Source: the human T2T-CHM13v2.0 reference genome, Homo sapiens. Taken from it: DNA of 64,000 nucleotides. The DNA is taken from assembly GCF_009914755.1 (NCBI RefSeq), contig NC_060944.1; one strand, 5' to 3'. How positions within the stretch are numbered: the stretch's first letter is position 1; the number at the start of each line of letters is the position of its first letter. Made by a program: the position numbers and the translations under genes. Below the pieces are notes generated by a model. The model did no database searches, was not told the DNA's origin, and worked only from the letters and a program-made list of their open reading frames with translations. Shown piece by piece: positions 26,601 to 40,700 of this stretch.

Positions 26601-27984
26601 ATATCTTCCAAGAAAATCTAGATAGAAGCAACGTCAGAAACTTTTATGTGATGGATCTACTCAGCTAACAGAGTTGAACCTTTCTTTTGAGAGAGCAGTT
26701 TTGCAACACTCTTTTTGTGGAATATGCAAGTGGATATTAGGGCAGCTTTGAGGATTTCGTTGGAAACGGGAATACATGTAAAAAGCAGACAGCAGCATTC
26801 TCAGAAACTTCTTTGTGATGTTTGCATTGAAGTCACAGAGTTGAACATTCCCTTTGAGAGAGCAGGTTTGAAACACGCCTTTTGTCATATCTGGAAGTGT
26901 CCATTCGGAGCGCATTCAGGCTTGTGTTGAAAAAGGAAATATCCTCCCATAAAAACTAGACAGAAGCATTCTCAGAAACTTATCTGTGATGTATGTACTC
27001 AACTAACAGAACTAAACCATCGTTTTGAAGGAGCAGTTTTGAAACACTCTTTTTGCGGAATCTGCAAGTGGATATTTGGCTAGCTGGGAGGATTTCGTTG
27101 GAAACGGGAGTACATACAAAAAGCAGAGAGCAGCATTCTCAGAAACTTCTTTGTGATGTTTGCATTCAAGTCACAGAGTTGAACATTCCCTTTCATAGAG
27201 CAGGTTTGAAACACTCTTTTTGTAGTATCTGGATGTGGACATTTGGATCGCTTTCAGGCCTATGGTGAAAAAGGAAATATCTTCCCATGAAAACTAGACA
27301 GAAGCATTCTCAGAAACTTATTTGTGATGTGTGCCCTCAACTGACAGTGTTGAACCTTTGTTTTGATAGAGCAGTTCTGAAACACACTTTTTGTAAAATC
27401 TGCAAGAGGATATTTGGATAGCTTTGAGGATTTCGTTGGAAACGGGAATGTCTTCATGTAAACTCTGGACAGAAGCATTCTCAGAAACTGCTTTGGGATG
27501 TTTCAATTGAAGTCCCAGTGTTGAACATTCCCTTTCATAGAGCAGGTTTGAAACACTCTTTTTGTACTATCTGGAAGTGGACATTTGGAGCGCTTTCAGG
27601 TCTACGGTGAAAAAGGAGATATCTTCCAATAAAAACTAGATAGAAGCAATGTCAGAACTTTTTTCATGATGTATCTACTCAGCAAACAGAGTTGAACCTT
27701 TCTTTTGAGAGAGCAGTTTTGAAACACTCTTTTTGTGGAATATGCAAGTGGGTATTAGGCCAGCTTGGAGGATTTCGTTGGAAACGGGAATACGTATAAA
27801 AAGCAGACAGCAGCATTGTCAGAAACTACTTTGTGATGTTTGCATTCAAGTCACAGAATTGAACACTCCCTTTCACAGAGCAGGTTTGAAACACTCTTTT
27901 TGTAGTGTCTGTAAGTGAACATTTGGATTGCTTTCAGGCCTAAGGTGAAAAAGGAAATATCTTCCCATAAAAACTAGATAGAAG
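11671..27984 (+). repeat. Six tandem canonical 16-mer HORs
   Basis: Unit starts at 11671, 14390, 17109, 19828, 22547 and 25266, with a constant 2719-bp period. Confidence 0.95.
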
Positions 27985-30900
27985 CATTCTCAGAAACTTG
28001 TTTGTGATGTGTGCCCTCTACTGACAGAGTTGAACCTTTCTTTGCAAAGAGCAGTTTTGAAACACTCTTTTTGTAGAATCTGCAAGAGGATATTTGGATA
28101 GCTTTGAGGATTTCTTGGGAAACGGGAATGTCTTCAGATAAGCTCTAGACAGAAGCATTCTCAGAAACTTCTTTGGGATGTTTCAATTGAAGTCACAGTG
28201 TTGAACATTCCCTTTCACAGAGCAGGTTTGAAACACTCTTTTTGTAGTGTCTATAAGTGAACATTTGGCGTGCTTTCAGGCCTAACGTGAAAAAGGAAAT
28301 ATCTTCCCATAAAAACTAGACAGAAGCATTCTCAGAAACTTGTTCTTGATGTGTCCCCTCTACTGACAGAGTTGAACCTTTCTTTGCAAAGAGCAGCTTT
28401 GAAACACTCTTTTTGTAGAATCTGCAAGAGGATATTTGGATAGCTTGGAGGATTTCGTTGGAAACGGGTATGTCTTCAGATAAACTCTAGACAGAAGCAT
28501 TCTCAGAAACTTCTTTGGGATGTTGCATTCAAGTCACAGAGTAGAACATTCCCATTCATAGAGCAGATTTGAAACACTCTTTTTGTAGTATCTGGAAGTG
28601 GACATTTGGAGCGCTTTCAGGCCTATGTTGAAAAAGGAAATATCTTCCCATAAAAACTAGACGGAAGCATTCTCAGAAACTTATTTGTGATGTGTTTGCT
28701 CAACTAACAGGATTGAACCATCGTTTTGAAGGAGCAGTTTTGAAACACTGTTTTCGTGGAATCTGCAAGTGGATATTTGGCTAGCTTTGAGGATTTCGTT
28801 GGAAACGGGATTACATATAAAAAGGAGACAGCAGCATTCTCAGAAACTTCTTTGTGATGTCTGCATTCAATTCACAGAGTTGAGCATTCCCTTTCATAGA
28901 GCAGGTTGGAAACACTCTTTTTGTAGTATCTGGATGAGGACATTTGGAGCGCTTTCAGGCGTATGGTGAAAAAGGAAATATCTTCCCGTAAAAACTAGAC
29001 AGAAGCATTCTCAGAAGTTTATTTGTGATGTGTGCCCTCAACTAACAGAGTTGAACCTTTCTTTTGATAGAGCAGTTTTGAAACACTCTTTTTGTAAAAT
29101 CTGCAAGAGGATATTTGGATAGCTTTGAGGATTTCGTTGCAAACGGGAATGGCTTCATATAAACTCTAGACAGAAGCATTCTCAGAAACTTCGTTGGGAT
29201 GTTTCGATTGAAGTCCCAGTGTTGAACATTCCCTTTTATAGAGCAGGTTGGAAACACTCTTTCTGCATTCCCTGGAAGTGGACATTTGGAGCGCTTTCAG
29301 GACGACGGTGAAAATGGAAATATCTTCCAAGAAAATCTAGATAGAAGCAACGTCAGAAACTTTTATGTGATGGATCTACTCAGCTAACAGAGTTGAACCT
29401 TTCTTTTGAGAGAGCAGTTTTGCAACACTCTTTTTGTGGAATATGCAAGTGGATATTAGGGCAGCTTTGAGGATTTCGTTGGAAACGGGAATACATGTAA
29501 AAAGCAGACAGCAGCATTCTCAGAAACTTCTTTGTGATGTTTGCATTGAAGTCACAGAGTTGAACATTCCCTTTGAGAGAGCAGGTTTGAAACACGCCTT
29601 TTGTCATATCTGGAAGTGTCCATTCGGAGCGCATTCAGGCTTGTGTTGAAAAAGGAAATATCCTCCCATAAAAACTAGACAGAAGCATTCTCAGAAACTT
29701 ATCTGTGATGTATGTACTCAACTAACAGAACTAAACCATCGTTTTGAAGGAGCAGTTTTGAAACACTCTTTTTGCGGAATCTGCAAGTGGATATTTGGCT
29801 AGCTGGGAGGATTTCGTTGGAAACGGGATTACATACAAAAAGCAGACAGCAGCATTCTCAGAAACTTCTTTGTGATGTTTGCATTCAAGTCACAGAGTTG
29901 AACATTCCCTTTCATAGAGCAGGTTTGAAACACTCTTTTTGTAGTATCTGGATGTGGACATTTGGATCGCTTTCAGGCCTATGGTGAAAAAGGAAATATC
30001 TTCCCATGAAAACTAGACAGAAGCATTCTCAGAAACTTATTTGTGATGTGTGCCCTCAACTGACAGTGTTGAACCTTTGTTTTGATAGAGCAGTTCTGAA
30101 ACACACTTTTTGTAAAATCTGCAAGAGGATATTTGGATAGCTTTGAGGATTTCGTTGCAAACGGGAATGGCTTCATATAAACTCTAGACAGAAGCATTCT
30201 CAGAAACTTCGTTGGGATGTTTCGATTGAAGTCCCAGTGTTGAACATTCCCTTTTATAGAGCAGGTTGGAAACACTCTTTCTGCATTCCCTGGAAGTGGA
30301 CATTTGGAGCGCTTTCAGGACGACGGTGAAAATGGAAATATCTTCCAAGAAAATCTAGATAGAAGCAACGTCAGAAACTTTTATGTGATGGATCTACTCA
30401 GCTAACAGAGTTGAACCTTTCTTTTGAGAGAGCAGTTTTGCAACACTCTTTTTGTGGAATATGCAAGTGGATATTAGGGCAGCTTTGAGGATTTCGTTGG
30501 AAACGGGAATACATGTAAAAAGCAGACAGCAGCATTCTCAGAAACTTCTTTGTGATGTTTGCATTGAAGTCACAGAGTTGAACATTCCCTTTGAGAGAGC
30601 AGGTTTGAAACACGCCTTTTGTCATATCTGGAAGTGTCCATTCGGAGCGCATTCAGGCTTGTGTTGAAAAAGGAAATATCCTCCCATAAAAACTAGACAG
30701 AAGCATTCTCAGAAACTTATCTGTGATGTATGTACTCAACTAACAGAACTAAACCATCGTTTTGAAGGAGCAGTTTTGAAACACTCTTTTTGCGGAATCT
30801 GCAAGTGGATATTTGGCTAGCTGGGAGGATTTCGTTGGAAACGGGAGTACATACAAAAAGCAGAGAGCAGCATTCTCAGAAACTTCTTTGTGATGTTTGC

Positions 30901-31721
30901 ATTCAAGTCACAGAGTTGAACATTCCCTTTCATAGAGCAGGTTTGAAACACTCTTTTTGTAGTATCTGGATGTGGACATTTGGATCGCTTTCAGGCCTAT
31001 GGTGAAAAAGGAAATATCTTCCCATGAAAACTAGACAGAAGCATTCTCAGAAACTTATTTGTGATGTGTGCCCTCAACTGACAGTGTTGAACCTTTGTTT
31101 TGATAGAGCAGTTCTGAAACACACTTTTTGTAAAATCTGCAAGAGGATATTTGGATAGCTTTGAGGATTTCGTTGGAAACGGGAATGTCTTCATGTAAAC
31201 TCTGGACAGAAGCATTCTCAGAAACTGCTTTGGGATGTTTCAATTGAAGTCCCAGTGTTGAACATTCCCTTTCATAGAGCAGGTTTGAAACACTCTTTTT
31301 GTACTATCTGGAAGTGGACATTTGGAGCGCTTTCAGGTCTACGGTGAAAAAGGAGATATCTTCCAATAAAAACTAGATAGAAGCAATGTCAGAACTTTTT
31401 TCATGATGTATCTACTCAGCAAACAGAGTTGAACCTTTCTTTTGAGAGAGCAGTTTTGAAACACTCTTTTTGTGGAATATGCAAGTGGGTATTAGGCCAG
31501 CTTGGAGGATTTCGTTGGAAACGGGAATACGTATAAAAAGCAGACAGCAGCATTGTCAGAAACTACTTTGTGATGTTTGCATTCAAGTCACAGAATTGAA
31601 CACTCCCTTTCACAGAGCAGGTTTGAAACACTCTTTTTGTAGTGTCTGTAAGTGAACATTTGGATTGCTTTCAGGCCTAAGGTGAAAAAGGAAATATCTT
31701 CCCATAAAAACTAGACAGAAG
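27985..31721 (+). repeat. Variant HOR, 22 monomers (3737 bp): 16-mer plus 6-mer (1018 bp) with a chimeric M13/M7 monomer
   Basis: The ORF period jumps from 28769 to 32506 (3737 = 2719+1018). The ORF set at 29380/29434/29772 recurs at 30398/30452/30790, and a fused ORF appears at 29979-30275. Confidence 0.95.
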
Positions 31722-34700
31722 CATTCTCAGAAACTTGTTTGTGATGTGTGCCCTCTACTGACAGAGTTGAACCTTTCTTTGCAAAGAGCAGTTTTGAAAC
31801 ACTCTTTTTGTAGAATCTGCAAGAGGATATTTGGATAGCTTTGAGGATTTCTTGGGAAACGGGAATGTCTTCAGATAAACTCTAGACAGAAGCATTCTCA
31901 GAAACTTCTTTGGGATGTTTCAATTGAAGTCACAGTGTTGAACATTCCCTTTCACAGAGCCGGTTTGAAACACTCTTTTTGTAGTGTCTATAAGTGAACA
32001 TTTGGCGTGCTTTCAGGCCTAACGTGAAAAAGGAAATATCTTCCCATAAAAACTAGACAGAAGCATTCTCAGAAACTTGTTCTTGATGTGTCCCCTCTAC
32101 TGACAGAGTTGAACCTTTCTTTGCAAAGAGCAGCTTTGAAACACTCTTTTTGTAGAATCTGCAAGAGGATATTTGGATAGCTTGGAGGATTTCGTTGGAA
32201 ACGGGTATGTCTTCAGATAAACTCTAGACAGAAGCATTCTCAGAAACTTCTTTGGGATGTTGCATTCAAGTCACAGAGTAGAACATTCCCATTCATAGAG
32301 CAGATTTGAAACACTCTTTTTGTGGTATCTGGAAGTGGACATTTGGAGCGCTTTCAGGCCTATGTTGAAAAAGGAAATATCTTCCCATAAAAACTAGACG
32401 GAAGCATTCTCAGAAACTTATTTGTGATGTGTTTGCTCAACTAACAGGATTGAACCATCGTTTTGAAGGAGCAGTTTTGAAACACTGTTTTCGTGGAATC
32501 TGCAAGTGGATATTTGGCTAGCTTTGAGGATTTCGTTGGAAACGGGATTACATATAAAAAGGAGACAGCAGCATTCTCAGAAACTTCTTTGTGATGTCTG
32601 CATTCAAGTCACAGAGTTGAGCATTCCCTTTCATAGAGCAGGTTGGAAACACTCTTTTTGTAGTATCTGGATGAGGACATTTGGAGCGCTTTCAGGCGTA
32701 TGGTGAAAAAGGAAATATCTTCCCGTAAAAACTAGACAGAAGCATTCTCAGAAGTTTATTTGTGATGTGTGCCCTCAACTAACAGAGTTGAACCTTTCTT
32801 TTGATAGAGCAGTTTTGAAACACTCTTTTTGTAAAATCTGCAAGAGGATATTTGGATAGCTTTGAGGATTTCGTTGCAAACGGGAATGGCTTCATATAAA
32901 CTCTAGACAGAAGCATTCTCAGAAACTTCGTTGGGATGTTTCGATTGAAGTCCCAGTGTTGAACATTCCCTTTTATAGAGCAGGTTGGAAACACTCTTTC
33001 TGCATTCCCTGGAAGTGGACATTTGGAGCGCTTTCAGGACGACGGTGAAAATGGAAATATCTTCCAAGAAAATCTAGATAGAAGCAACGTCAGAAACTTT
33101 TATGTGATGGATCTACTCAGCTAACAGAGTTGAACCTTTCTTTTGAGAGAGCAGTTTTGCAACACTCTTTTTGTGGAATATGCAAGTGGATATTAGGGCA
33201 GCTTTGAGGATTTCGTTGGAAACGGGAATACATGTAAAAAGCAGACAGCAGCATTCTCAGAAACTTCTTTGTGATGTTTGCATTGAAGTCACAGAGTTGA
33301 ACATTCCCTTTGAGAGAGCAGGTTTGAAACACGCCTTTTGTCATATCTGGAAGTGTCCATTCGGAGCGCATTCAGGCTTGTGTTGAAAAAGGAAATATCC
33401 TCCCATAAAAACTAGACAGAAGCATTCTCAGAAACTTATCTGTGATGTATGTACTCAACTAACAGAACTAAACCATCGTTTTGAAGGAGCAGTTTTGAAA
33501 CACTCTTTTTGCGGAATCTGCAAGTGGATATTTGGCTAGCTGGGAGGATTTCGTTGGAAACGGGATTACATACAAAAAGCAGACAGCAGCATTCTCAGAA
33601 ACTTCTTTGTGATGTTTGCATTCAAGTCACAGAGTTGAACATTCCCTTTCATAGAGCAGGTTTGAAACACTCTTTTTGTAGTATCTGGATGTGGACATTT
33701 GGATCGCTTTCAGGCCTATGGTGAAAAAGGAAATATCTTCCCATGAAGACTAGACAGAAGCATTCTCAGAAACTTATTTGTGATGTGTGCCCTCAACTGA
33801 CAGTGTTGAACCTTTGTTTTGATAGAGCAGTTCTGAAACACACTTTTTGTAAAATCTGCAAGAGGATATTTGGATAGCTTTGAGGATTTCGTTGGAAACG
33901 GGAATGTCTTCATGTAAACTCTGGACAGAAGCATTCTCAGAAACTGCTTTGGGATGTTTCAATTGAAGTCCCAGTGTTGAACATTCCCTTTCATAGAGCA
34001 GGTTTGAAACACTCTTTTTGTACTATCTGGAAGTGGACATTTGGAGCGCTTTCAGGTCTACGGTGAAAAAGGAGATATCTTCCAATAAAAACTAGATAGA
34101 AGCAATGTCAGAACTTTTTTCATGATGTATCTACTCAGCAAACAGAGTTGAACCTTTCTTTTGAGAGAGCAGTTTTGAAACACTCTTTTTGTGGAATATG
34201 CAAGTGGGTATTAGGCCAGCTTGGAGGATTTCGTTGGAAACGGGAATACGTATAAAAAGCAGACAGCAGCATTGTCAGAAACTACTTTGTGATGTTTGCA
34301 TTCAAGTCACAGAATTGAACACTCCCTTTCACAGAGCAGGTTTGAAACACTCTTTTTGTAGTGTCTGTAAGTGAACATTTGGATTGCTTTCAGGCCTAAG
34401 GTGAAAAAGGAAATATCTTCCCATAAAAACTAGACAGAAGCATTCTCAGAAACTTGTTTGTGATGTGTGCCCTCTACTGACAGAGTTGAACCTTTCTTTG
34501 CAAAGAGCAGTTTTGAAACACTCTTTTTGTAGAATCTGCAAGAGGATATTTGGATAGCTTTGAGGATTTCTTGGGAAACGGGAATGTCTTCAGATAAACT
34601 CTAGACAGAAGCATTCTCAGAAACTTCTTTGGGATGTTTCAATTGAAGTCACAGTGTTGAACATTCCCTTTCACAGAGCCGGTTTGAAACACTCTTTTTG

Positions 34701-37700
34701 TAGTGTCTATAAGTGAACATTTGGCGTGCTTTCAGGCCTAACGTGAAAAAGGAAATATCTTCCCATAAAAACTAGACAGAAGCATTCTCAGAAACTTGTT
34801 CTTGATGTGTCCCCTCTACTGACAGAGTTGAACCTTTCTTTGCAAAGAGCAGCTTTGAAACACTCTTTTTGTAGAATCTGCAAGAGGATATTTGGATAGC
34901 TTGGAGGATTTCGTTGGAAACGGGTATGTCTTCAGATAAACTCTAGACAGAAGCATTCTCAGAAACTTCTTTGGGATGTTGCATTCAAGTCACAGAGTAG
35001 AACATTCCCATTCATAGAGCAGATTTGAAACACTCTTTTTGTGGTATCTGGAAGTGGACATTTGGAGCGCTTTCAGGCCTATGTTGAAAAAGGAAATATC
35101 TTCCCATAAAAACTAGACGGAAGCATTCTCAGAAACTTATTTGTGATGTGTTTGCTCAACTAACAGGATTGAACCATCGTTTTGAAGGAGCAGTTTTGAA
35201 ACACTGTTTTCGTGGAATCTGCAAGTGGATATTTGGCTAGCTTTGAGGATTTCGTTGGAAACGGGATTACATATAAAAAGGAGACAGCAGCATTCTCAGA
35301 AACTTCTTTGTGATGTCTGCATTCAATTCACAGAGTTGAGCATTCCCTTTCATAGAGCAGGTTGGAAACACTCTTTTTGTAGTATCTGGATGAGGACATT
35401 TGGAGCGCTTTCAGGCGTATGGTGAAAAAGGAAATATCTTCCCGTAAAAACTAGACAGAAGCATTCTCAGAAGTTTATTTGTGATGTGTGCCCTCAACTA
35501 ACAGAGTTGAACCTTTCTTTTGATAGAGCAGTTTTGAAACACTCTTTTTGTAAAATCTGCAAGAGGATATTTGGATAGCTTTGAGGATTTCGTTGCAAAC
35601 GGGAATGGCTTCATATAAACTCTAGACAGAAGCATTCTCAGAAACTTCGTTGGGATGTTTCGATTGAAGTCCCAGTGTTGAACATTCCCTTTTATAGAGC
35701 AGGTTGGAAACACTCTTTCTGCATTCCCTGGAAGTGGACATTTGGAGCGCTTTCAGGACGACGGTGAAAATGGAAATATCTTCCAAGAAAATCTAGATAG
35801 AAGCAACGTCAGAAACTTTTATGTGATGGATCTACTCAGCTAACAGAGTTGAACCTTTCTTTTGAGAGAGCAGTTTTGCAACACTCTTTTTGTGGAATAT
35901 GCAAGTGGATATTAGGGCAGCTTTGAGGATTTCGTTGGAAACGGGAATACATGTAAAAAGCAGACAGCAGCATTCTCAGAAACTTCTTTGTGATGTTTGC
36001 ATTGAAGTCACAGAGTTGAACATTCCCTTTGAGAGAGCAGGTTTGAAACACGCCTTTTGTCATATCTGGAAGTGTCCATTCGGAGCGCATTCAGGCTTGT
36101 GTTGAAAAAGGAAATATCCTCCCATAAAAACTAGACAGAAGCATTCTCAGAAACTTATCTGTGATGTATGTACTCAACTAACAGAACTAAACCATCGTTT
36201 TGAAGGAGCAGTTTTGAAACACTCTTTTTGCGGAATCTGCAAGTGGATATTTGGCTAGCTGGGAGGATTTCGTTGGAAACGGGATTACATACAAAAAGCA
36301 GACAGCAGCATTCTCAGAAACTTCTTTGTGATGTTTGCATTCAAGTCACAGAGTTGAACATTCCCTTTCATAGAGCAGGTTTGAAACACTCTTTTTGTAG
36401 TATCTGGATGTGGACATTTGGATCGCTTTCAGGCCTATGGTGAAAAAGGAAATATCTTCCCATGAAAACTAGACAGAAGCATTCTCAGAAACTTATTTGT
36501 GATGTGTGCCCTCAACTGACAGTGTTGAACCTTTGTTTTGATAGAGCAGTTCTGAAACACACTTTTTGTAAAATCTGCAAGAGGATATTTGGATAGCTTT
36601 GAGGATTTCGTTGGAAACGGGAATGTCTTCATGTAAACTCTGGACAGAAGCATTCTCAGAAACTGCTTTGGGATGTTTCAATTGAAGTCCCAGTGTTGAA
36701 CATTCCCATTCATAGAGCAGGTTTGAAACACTCTTTTTGTACTATCTGGAAGTGGACATTTGGAGCGCTTTCAGGTCTACGGTGAAAAAGGAGATATCTT
36801 CCAATAAAAACTAGATAGAAGCAATGTCAGAACTTTTTTCATGATGTATCTACTCAGCAAACAGAGTTGAACCTTTCTTTTGAGAGAGCAGTTTTGAAAC
36901 ACTCTTTTTGTGGAATATGCAAGTGGGTATTAGGCCAGCTTGGAGGATTTCGTTGGAAACGGGAATACGTATAAAAAGCAGACAGCAGCATTGTCAGAAA
37001 CTACTTTGTGATGTTTGCATTCAAGTCACAGAATTGAACACTCCCTTTCACAGAGCAGGTTTGAAACACTCTTTTTGTAGTGTCTGTAAGTGAACATTTG
37101 GATTGCTTTCAGGCCTAAGGTGAAAAAGGAAATATCTTCCCATAAAAACTAGACAGAAGCATTCTCAGAAACTTGTTTGTGATGTGTGCCCTCTACTGAC
37201 AGAGTTGAACCTTTCTTTGCAAAGAGCAGTTTTGAAACACTCTTTTTGTAGAATCTGCAAGAGGATATTTGGATAGCTTTGAGGATTTCTTGGGAAACGG
37301 GAATGTCTTCAGATAAACTCTAGACAGAAGCATTCTCAGAAACTTCTTTGGGATGTTTCAATTGAAGTCACAGTGTTGAACATTCCCTTTCACAGAGCAG
37401 GTTTGAAACACTCTTTTTGTAGTGTCTATAAGTGAACATTTGGCGTGCTTTCAGGCCTAACGTGAAAAAGGAAATATCTTCCCATAAAAACTAGACAGAA
37501 GCATTCTCAGAAACTTGTTCTTGATGTGTCCCCTCTACTGACAGAGTTGAACCTTTCTTTGCAAAGAGCAGCTTTGAAACACTCTTTTTGTAGAATCTGC
37601 AAGAGGATATTTGGATAGCTTGGAGGATTTCGTTGGAAACGGGTATGTCTTCAGATAAACTCTAGACAGAAGCATTCTCAGAAACTTCTTTGGGATGTTG

Positions 37701-40700
37701 CATTCAAGTCACAGAGTAGAACATTCCCATTCATAGAGCAGATTTGAAACACTCTTTTTGTAGTATCTGGAAGTGGACATTTGGAGCGCTTTCAGGCCTA
37801 TGTTGAAAAAGGAAATATCTTCCCATAAAAACTAGACGGAAGCATTCTCAGAAACTTATTTGTGATGTGTTTGCTCAACTAACAGGATTGAACCATCGTT
37901 TTGAAGGAGCAGTTTTGAAACACTGTTTTCGTGGAATCTGCAAGTGGATATTTGGCTAGCTTTGAGGATTTCGTTGGAAACGGGATTACATATAAAAAGG
38001 AGACAGCAGCATTCTCAGAAACTTCTTTGTGATGTCTGCATTCAATTCACAGAGTTGAGCATTCCCTTTCATAGAGCAGGTTGGAAACACTCTTTTTGTA
38101 GTATCTGGATGAGGACATTTGGAGCGCTTTCAGGCGTATGGTGAAAAAGGAAATATCTTCCCGTAAAAACTAGACAGAAGCATTCTCAGAAGTTTATTTG
38201 TGATGTGTGCCCTCAACTAACAGAGTTGAACCTTTCTTTTGATAGAGCAGTTTTGAAACACTCTTTTTGTAAAATCTGCAAGAGGATATTTGGATAGCTT
38301 TGAGGATTTCGTTGCAAACGGGAATGGCTTCATATAAACTCTAGACAGAAGCATTCTCAGAAACTTCGTTGGGATGTTTCGATTGAAGTCCCAGTGTTGA
38401 ACATTCCCTTTTATAGAGCAGGTTGGAAACACTCTTTCTGCATTCCCTGGAAGTGGACATTTGGAGCGCTTTCAGGACGACGGTGAAAATGGAAATATCT
38501 TCCAAGAAAATCTAGATAGAAGCAATGTCAGAAACTTTTATGTGATGGATCTACTCAGCTAACAGAGTTGAACCTTTCTTTTGAGAGAGCAGTTTTGCAA
38601 CACTCTTTTTGTGGAATATGCAAGTGGATATTAGGGCAGCTTTGAGGATTTCGTTGGAAACGGGAATACATGTAAAAAGCAGACAGCAGCATTCTCAGAA
38701 ACTTCTTTGTGATGTTTGCATTGAAGTCACAGAGTTGAACATTCCCTTTGAGAGAGCAGGTTTGAAACACGCCTTTTGTCATATCTGGAAGTGTCCATTC
38801 GGAGCGCATTCAGGCTTGTGTTGAAAAAGGAAATATCCTCCCATAAAAACTAGACAGAAGCATTCTCAGAAACTTATCTGTGATGTATGTACTCAACTAA
38901 CAGAACTAAACCATCGTTTTGAAGGAGCAGTTTTGAAACACTCTTTTTGCGGAATCTGCAAGTGGATATTTGGCTAGCTGGGAGGATTTCGTTGGAAACG
39001 GGATTACATACAAAAAGCAGACAGCAGCATTCTCAGAAACTTCTTTGTGATGTTTGCATTCAAGTCACAGAGTTGAACATTCCCTTTCATAGAGCAGGTT
39101 TGAAACACTCTTTTTGTAGTATCTGGATGTGGACATTTGGATCGCTTTCAGGCCTATGGTGAAAAAGGAAATATCTTCCCATGAAAACTAGACAGAAGCA
39201 TTCTCAGAAACTTATTTGTGATGTGTGCCCTCAACTGACAGTGTTGAACCTTTGTTTTGATAGAGCAGTTCTGAAACACACTTTTTGTAAAATCTGCAAG
39301 AGGATATTTGGATAGCTTTGAGGATTTCGTTGGAAACGGGAATGTCTTCATGTAAACTCTGGACAGAAGCATTCTCAGAAACTGCTTTGGGATGTTTCAA
39401 TTGAAGTCCCAGTGTTGAACATTCCCATTCATAGAGCAGGTTTGAAACACTCTTTTTGTACTATCTGGAAGTGGACATTTGGAGCGCTTTCAGGTCTACG
39501 GTGAAAAAGGAGATATCTTCCAATAAAAACTAGATAGAAGCAATGTCAGAACTTTTTTCATGATGTATCTACTCAGCAAACAGAGTTGAACCTTTCTTTT
39601 GAGAGAGCAGTTTTGAAACACTCTTTTTGTGGAATATGCAAGTGGGTATTAGGCCAGCTTGGAGGATTTCGTTGGAAACGGGAATACGTATAAAAAGCAG
39701 ACAGCAGCATTGTCAGAAACTACTTTGTGATGTTTGCATTCAAGTCACAGAATTGAACACTCCCTTTCACAGAGCAGGTTTGAAACACTCTTTTTGTAGT
39801 GTCTGTAAGTGAACATTTGGATTGCTTTCAGGCCTAAGGTGAAAAAGGAAATATCTTCCCATAAAAACTAGACAGAAGCATTCTCAGAAACTTGTTTGTG
39901 ATGTGTGCCCTCTACTGACAGAGTTGAACCTTTCTTTGCAAAGAGCAGTTTTGAAACACTCTTTTTGTAGAATCTGCAAGAGGATATTTGGATAGCTTTG
40001 AGGATTTCTTGGGAAACGGGAATGTCTTCAGATAAACTCTAGACAGAAGCATTCTCAGAAACTTCTTTGGGATGTTTCAATTGAAGTCACAGTGTTGAAC
40101 ATTCCCTTTCACAGAGCAGGTTTGGAACACTCTTTTTGTAGTGTCTATAAGTGAACATTTGGCGTGCTTTCAGGCCTAACGTGAAAAAGGAAATATCTTC
40201 CCATAAAAACTAGACAGAAGCATTCTCAGAAACTTGTTCTTGATGTGTCCCCTCTACTGACAGAGTTGAACCTTTCTTTGCAAAGAGCAGCTTTGAAACA
40301 CTCTTTTTGTAGAATCTGCAAGAGGATATTTGGATAGCTTGGAGGATTTCGTTGGAAACGGGTATGTCTTCAGATAAACTCTAGACAGAAGCATTCTCAG
40401 AAACTTCTTTGGGATGTTGCATTCAAGTCACAGAGTAGAACATTCCCATTCATAGAGCAGATTTGAAACACTCTTTTTGTAGTATCTGGAAGTGGACATT
40501 TGGAGCGCTTTCAGGCCTATGTTGAAAAAGGAAATATCTTCCCATAAAAACTAGACGGAAGCATTCTCAGAAACTTATTTGTGATGTGTTTGCTCAACTA
40601 ACAGGATTGAACCATCGTTTTGAAGGAGCAGTTTTGAAACACTGTTTTCGTGGAATCTGCAAGTGGATATTTGGCTAGCTTTGAGGATTTCGTTGGAAAC

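Noticed and set aside
29979-30275. Longest ORF (98 aa), apparently unique
   Set aside because: It is only the in-frame fusion of two repeat-derived ORFs across the M13/M7 junction. It is useful as a breakpoint marker but is not a gene.
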